A stretch of 64,000 nt of DNA from contig NC_090356.1 in the NCBI RefSeq assembly GCF_035084215.1, positions 24,056,001 to 24,120,000 on the forward strand, given 5' to 3'. Below the pieces are notes generated by a model. That model saw only the letters and a program-made list of their open reading frames with translations, did not search any database and was not told the origin of the DNA. Positions within the stretch are counted from its first letter, which is position 1. Each line of letters starts with the position of its first letter. The position numbers were made by a program, and so were the translations under genes. This document shows, piece after piece, positions 61,780 to 64,000 of this stretch. Source of the DNA: Heptranchias perlo. Its lineage: Eukaryota.

Positions 61780-62155
61780 TGAACCATGAGAAGAGTACTG
61801 CCAGGTGAGGTACTGAGATGTACAGACCAAGTTCAATCCCCAATCCTTGTTGAGTTGGTCGTGCCAATGGCTGCTGTGGTACAATTGTCTCTCCGCGCCT
61901 CCAGGCTAAGAATTGGAAAAATCAGTCAGGGTTCCTACTCCTGATAGTTATCCAGTGACCTCTGCTGTAAAGTGCAGATATGTGAACGTTGAGTGAGGGC
62001 TAGATCAGGCTAAGCTGTGATGAGTCAACTAGCCTTCCAACACTCTGTCTATACTCACACATATTGAATAGTTATGTGGTCACGATAATGGAGGGCTACC
62101 AGCATGGAACTATACCCCAGCCTCGCCTAAAACTTTCAGCAGAAGAGGGGAGAAT
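61780..62155 (+). mobile_element. tRNA-derived SINE, MamSINE1-like family
   Basis: GGTACTGAG..ACAGACC..TACAATTG..AAAATCAGTCAGGGTTCCTACTCCTGAT..TATCCAGTGACCTCTGCTG..GCTGTGATG. Multiple copies occur in the window; the name is from memory. Confidence 0.6.
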
Positions 62156-62319
62156 ATTGAAAACCAAAGCTAAAATCATACAATTTCATCAAGATATTAC
62201 GTCATTGGAGGCATCAACATGTAATGGTATTAAGATGCATATGGAGCCCTGCATATGGCCTGAACTTAAACCGATTGATTTATTTTTGTACTTAAAATCA
62301 GTCAGGGTTTCTGCTCCTG

Positions 62320-62655
62320 ATAATTCAGTGCTGTACTGAGGAATGGTACATTGTCAGAGTTGTGTTTTCTAGATGAGACGTTAAAGCAAGGTGAGCTGTC
62401 AGAAAGGCATAAAGGGCAAAGAAGGGCAGGGAGTTCTCCTAGTGTCTTGACCAACAATCCTCCCTCAACCAAAACCATCAAAAACAGAATAATAGTCACT
62501 CATTCATTTGCCATTGGCTGTACACAAATTGCTTGCCACATTTTCCTACATAACAACAATGACTCCAGTTCAAAGTAATCCATTGGTTGTAAAGTGTTTT
62601 TCGATATCCTGAGGACGTGATAAGGTGCTATGTAAATGCGAGTTCTTTTCTTCTT
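62320..62655 (+). mobile_element. Deu-domain SINE, 5'-truncated
   Basis: CAGTGCTGTACTGAGG..GATGAGACGTTAAA..GCAGGGAGTTCTCC..GTGCTATGTAAATGCGAGTTC. Confidence 0.75.
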
Positions 62656-63884
62656 TCTTAAAAATGGCAGCCAATAACCATCCTCTTCGGCCCTAGCCCA
62701 TGCATACTCAGTCTACTGGCAGCAGGATAAGGAAACCCTATCACTCACAAACTCATACAGAGATCGCTCCTGCCAACAAGAAGGTGCAACCCCCCTATAG
62801 TGGCGCAATCCAACACCTCCCATAACAAACATGTATCCTACGTGGAACATCTGCGAGTCAGAGTGAGTAATACACAGGCCGTGCACCAAACTGGAGAAGC
62901 ACCAGAAGATGTGAGGCCCCTTTCTACAGGCGAACCTTCCACCCACCTCAAGCACCCACAACCAGACTAGCCCAGAGCTACTTGCGGAATGACAGGACCC
63001 ACAATGCAAAATGCCAAGAAGGACTTCTTGCTGTTATACTCAATTGTGGCACTTCAATCCTCTCCCCATGATCCCTTGATCAGGGATGATCCTGGCCCCA
63101 TCACTGAACACCCCTCACCTTAATGTATAGAATCACGTGTGATCATCACTTCATGTGTACTATAGCAGACACTCTGTGCGAAACCATGTCCTGAGAGCAT
63201 GTTCTTGTTTGAGACTAGTGCAGTCTATATGCAAGTAAATATGGTATAGATCATAATTATAGGTCAGTATGATTATGCACATGAATGCATTCAACACATA
63301 GAGCATACAGCAATGGGAAGTCATTGATTGCGATTCTCCCATGAGTGAAGGAAACTGCATAACTTGCAAGTGACATTCAGTTAAGATTTCTTCTCAGTTA
63401 TCTGACTCAAGGCAATGTTTCAAAGGAAAGAATTAATCTCCTCCTCTGAGGACTGGCATTCACAAGCAAACCAGAGATGAGTAATATTGAACAGATTTTT
63501 GCATCAATATGCTTCGTAGCGATAATCAACCGATGCTTATCTCTTCCGATTGCCTGAAATAAGTTGTGAACTGTCAGTCTCTCTACTTACTTGGGCATGC
63601 AGCTTGTCAGTTTTCACACCTCTTTTTTGTAATGTTATGTTATCCTTGCCCAGAAGAGAACACATCCAGATCTGGCAAAACATTTGTATTTTTTCATAGT
63701 CAAAATATAATTTAGCTAAGGGCAACTTAGCTGTTTTTTAATTTTGTGATTTCATACTTAAGATAAATTTGTTTTCCATTCTAATCCTTCTTCTACGCAA
63801 CTGCCCTCAGTGTTTCTGGTGAGGAACTGTGAGAGCAAAGTTTGGGCATTCCAGTTCCCACTACCCATGGGCCACTGGTGTACC

Positions 63885-64000
63885 TAAGATCATAGGAACA
63901 GAGGCAGGCCATTCGGCCCCTTGAACCTATTCCATCATTCAATTCCATCATGGCTGATCTGTATCTCAACTCCATTTACCCGCCTTGGTTCCATATCCCT
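63885..64000 (-). mobile_element. CR1 LINE 3' end, running off the window
   Basis: CATAGGAACAGAGGCAGGCCATTCGGCCCCTTGAACC..ATCATGGCTGATCTG..CTCAACTCCA. Confidence 0.85.

Noticed and set aside
62660-63190. Possible LINE coding remnant
   Set aside because: Composition suggests a decayed element, but I could not recover diagnostic RT or endonuclease motifs

Overview
This is vertebrate genomic DNA, almost certainly from a cartilaginous fish (shark-type CR1/L2 LINEs, Deu-domain SINEs, Penelope ends). The only host gene I can support is the 3' end of DISP3 (PTCHD2) on the + strand. It has five coding exons (3434-3579, 7749-7908, 10132-10245, 22896-23062, 27310-27672) with matching splice phases, and one intron uses a GC donor. 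The rest is mostly transposable elements. These include two related two-gene PIF/Harbinger elements (DDE transposase plus a convergent, spliced Myb/SANT gene) whose deletions complement each other, remnants of further Harbinger copies (one split by a CR1 with a 5-bp TSD), hAT and Harbinger-type MITEs with visible TIRs/TSDs, and many CR1, L2, Tx1 and SINE fragments. Smaller signals are two Penelope ends carrying minimal hammerhead-ribozyme motifs, a perfect 55-bp-arm palindrome downstream of the DISP3 stop, a 36-bp templated insertion, and several dispersed repeat pairs I cannot name. I found no intact novel protein-coding system. Repeat boundaries are read by eye and are approximate unless TIR/TSD coordinates are given. 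Family names come from memory and need database confirmation.
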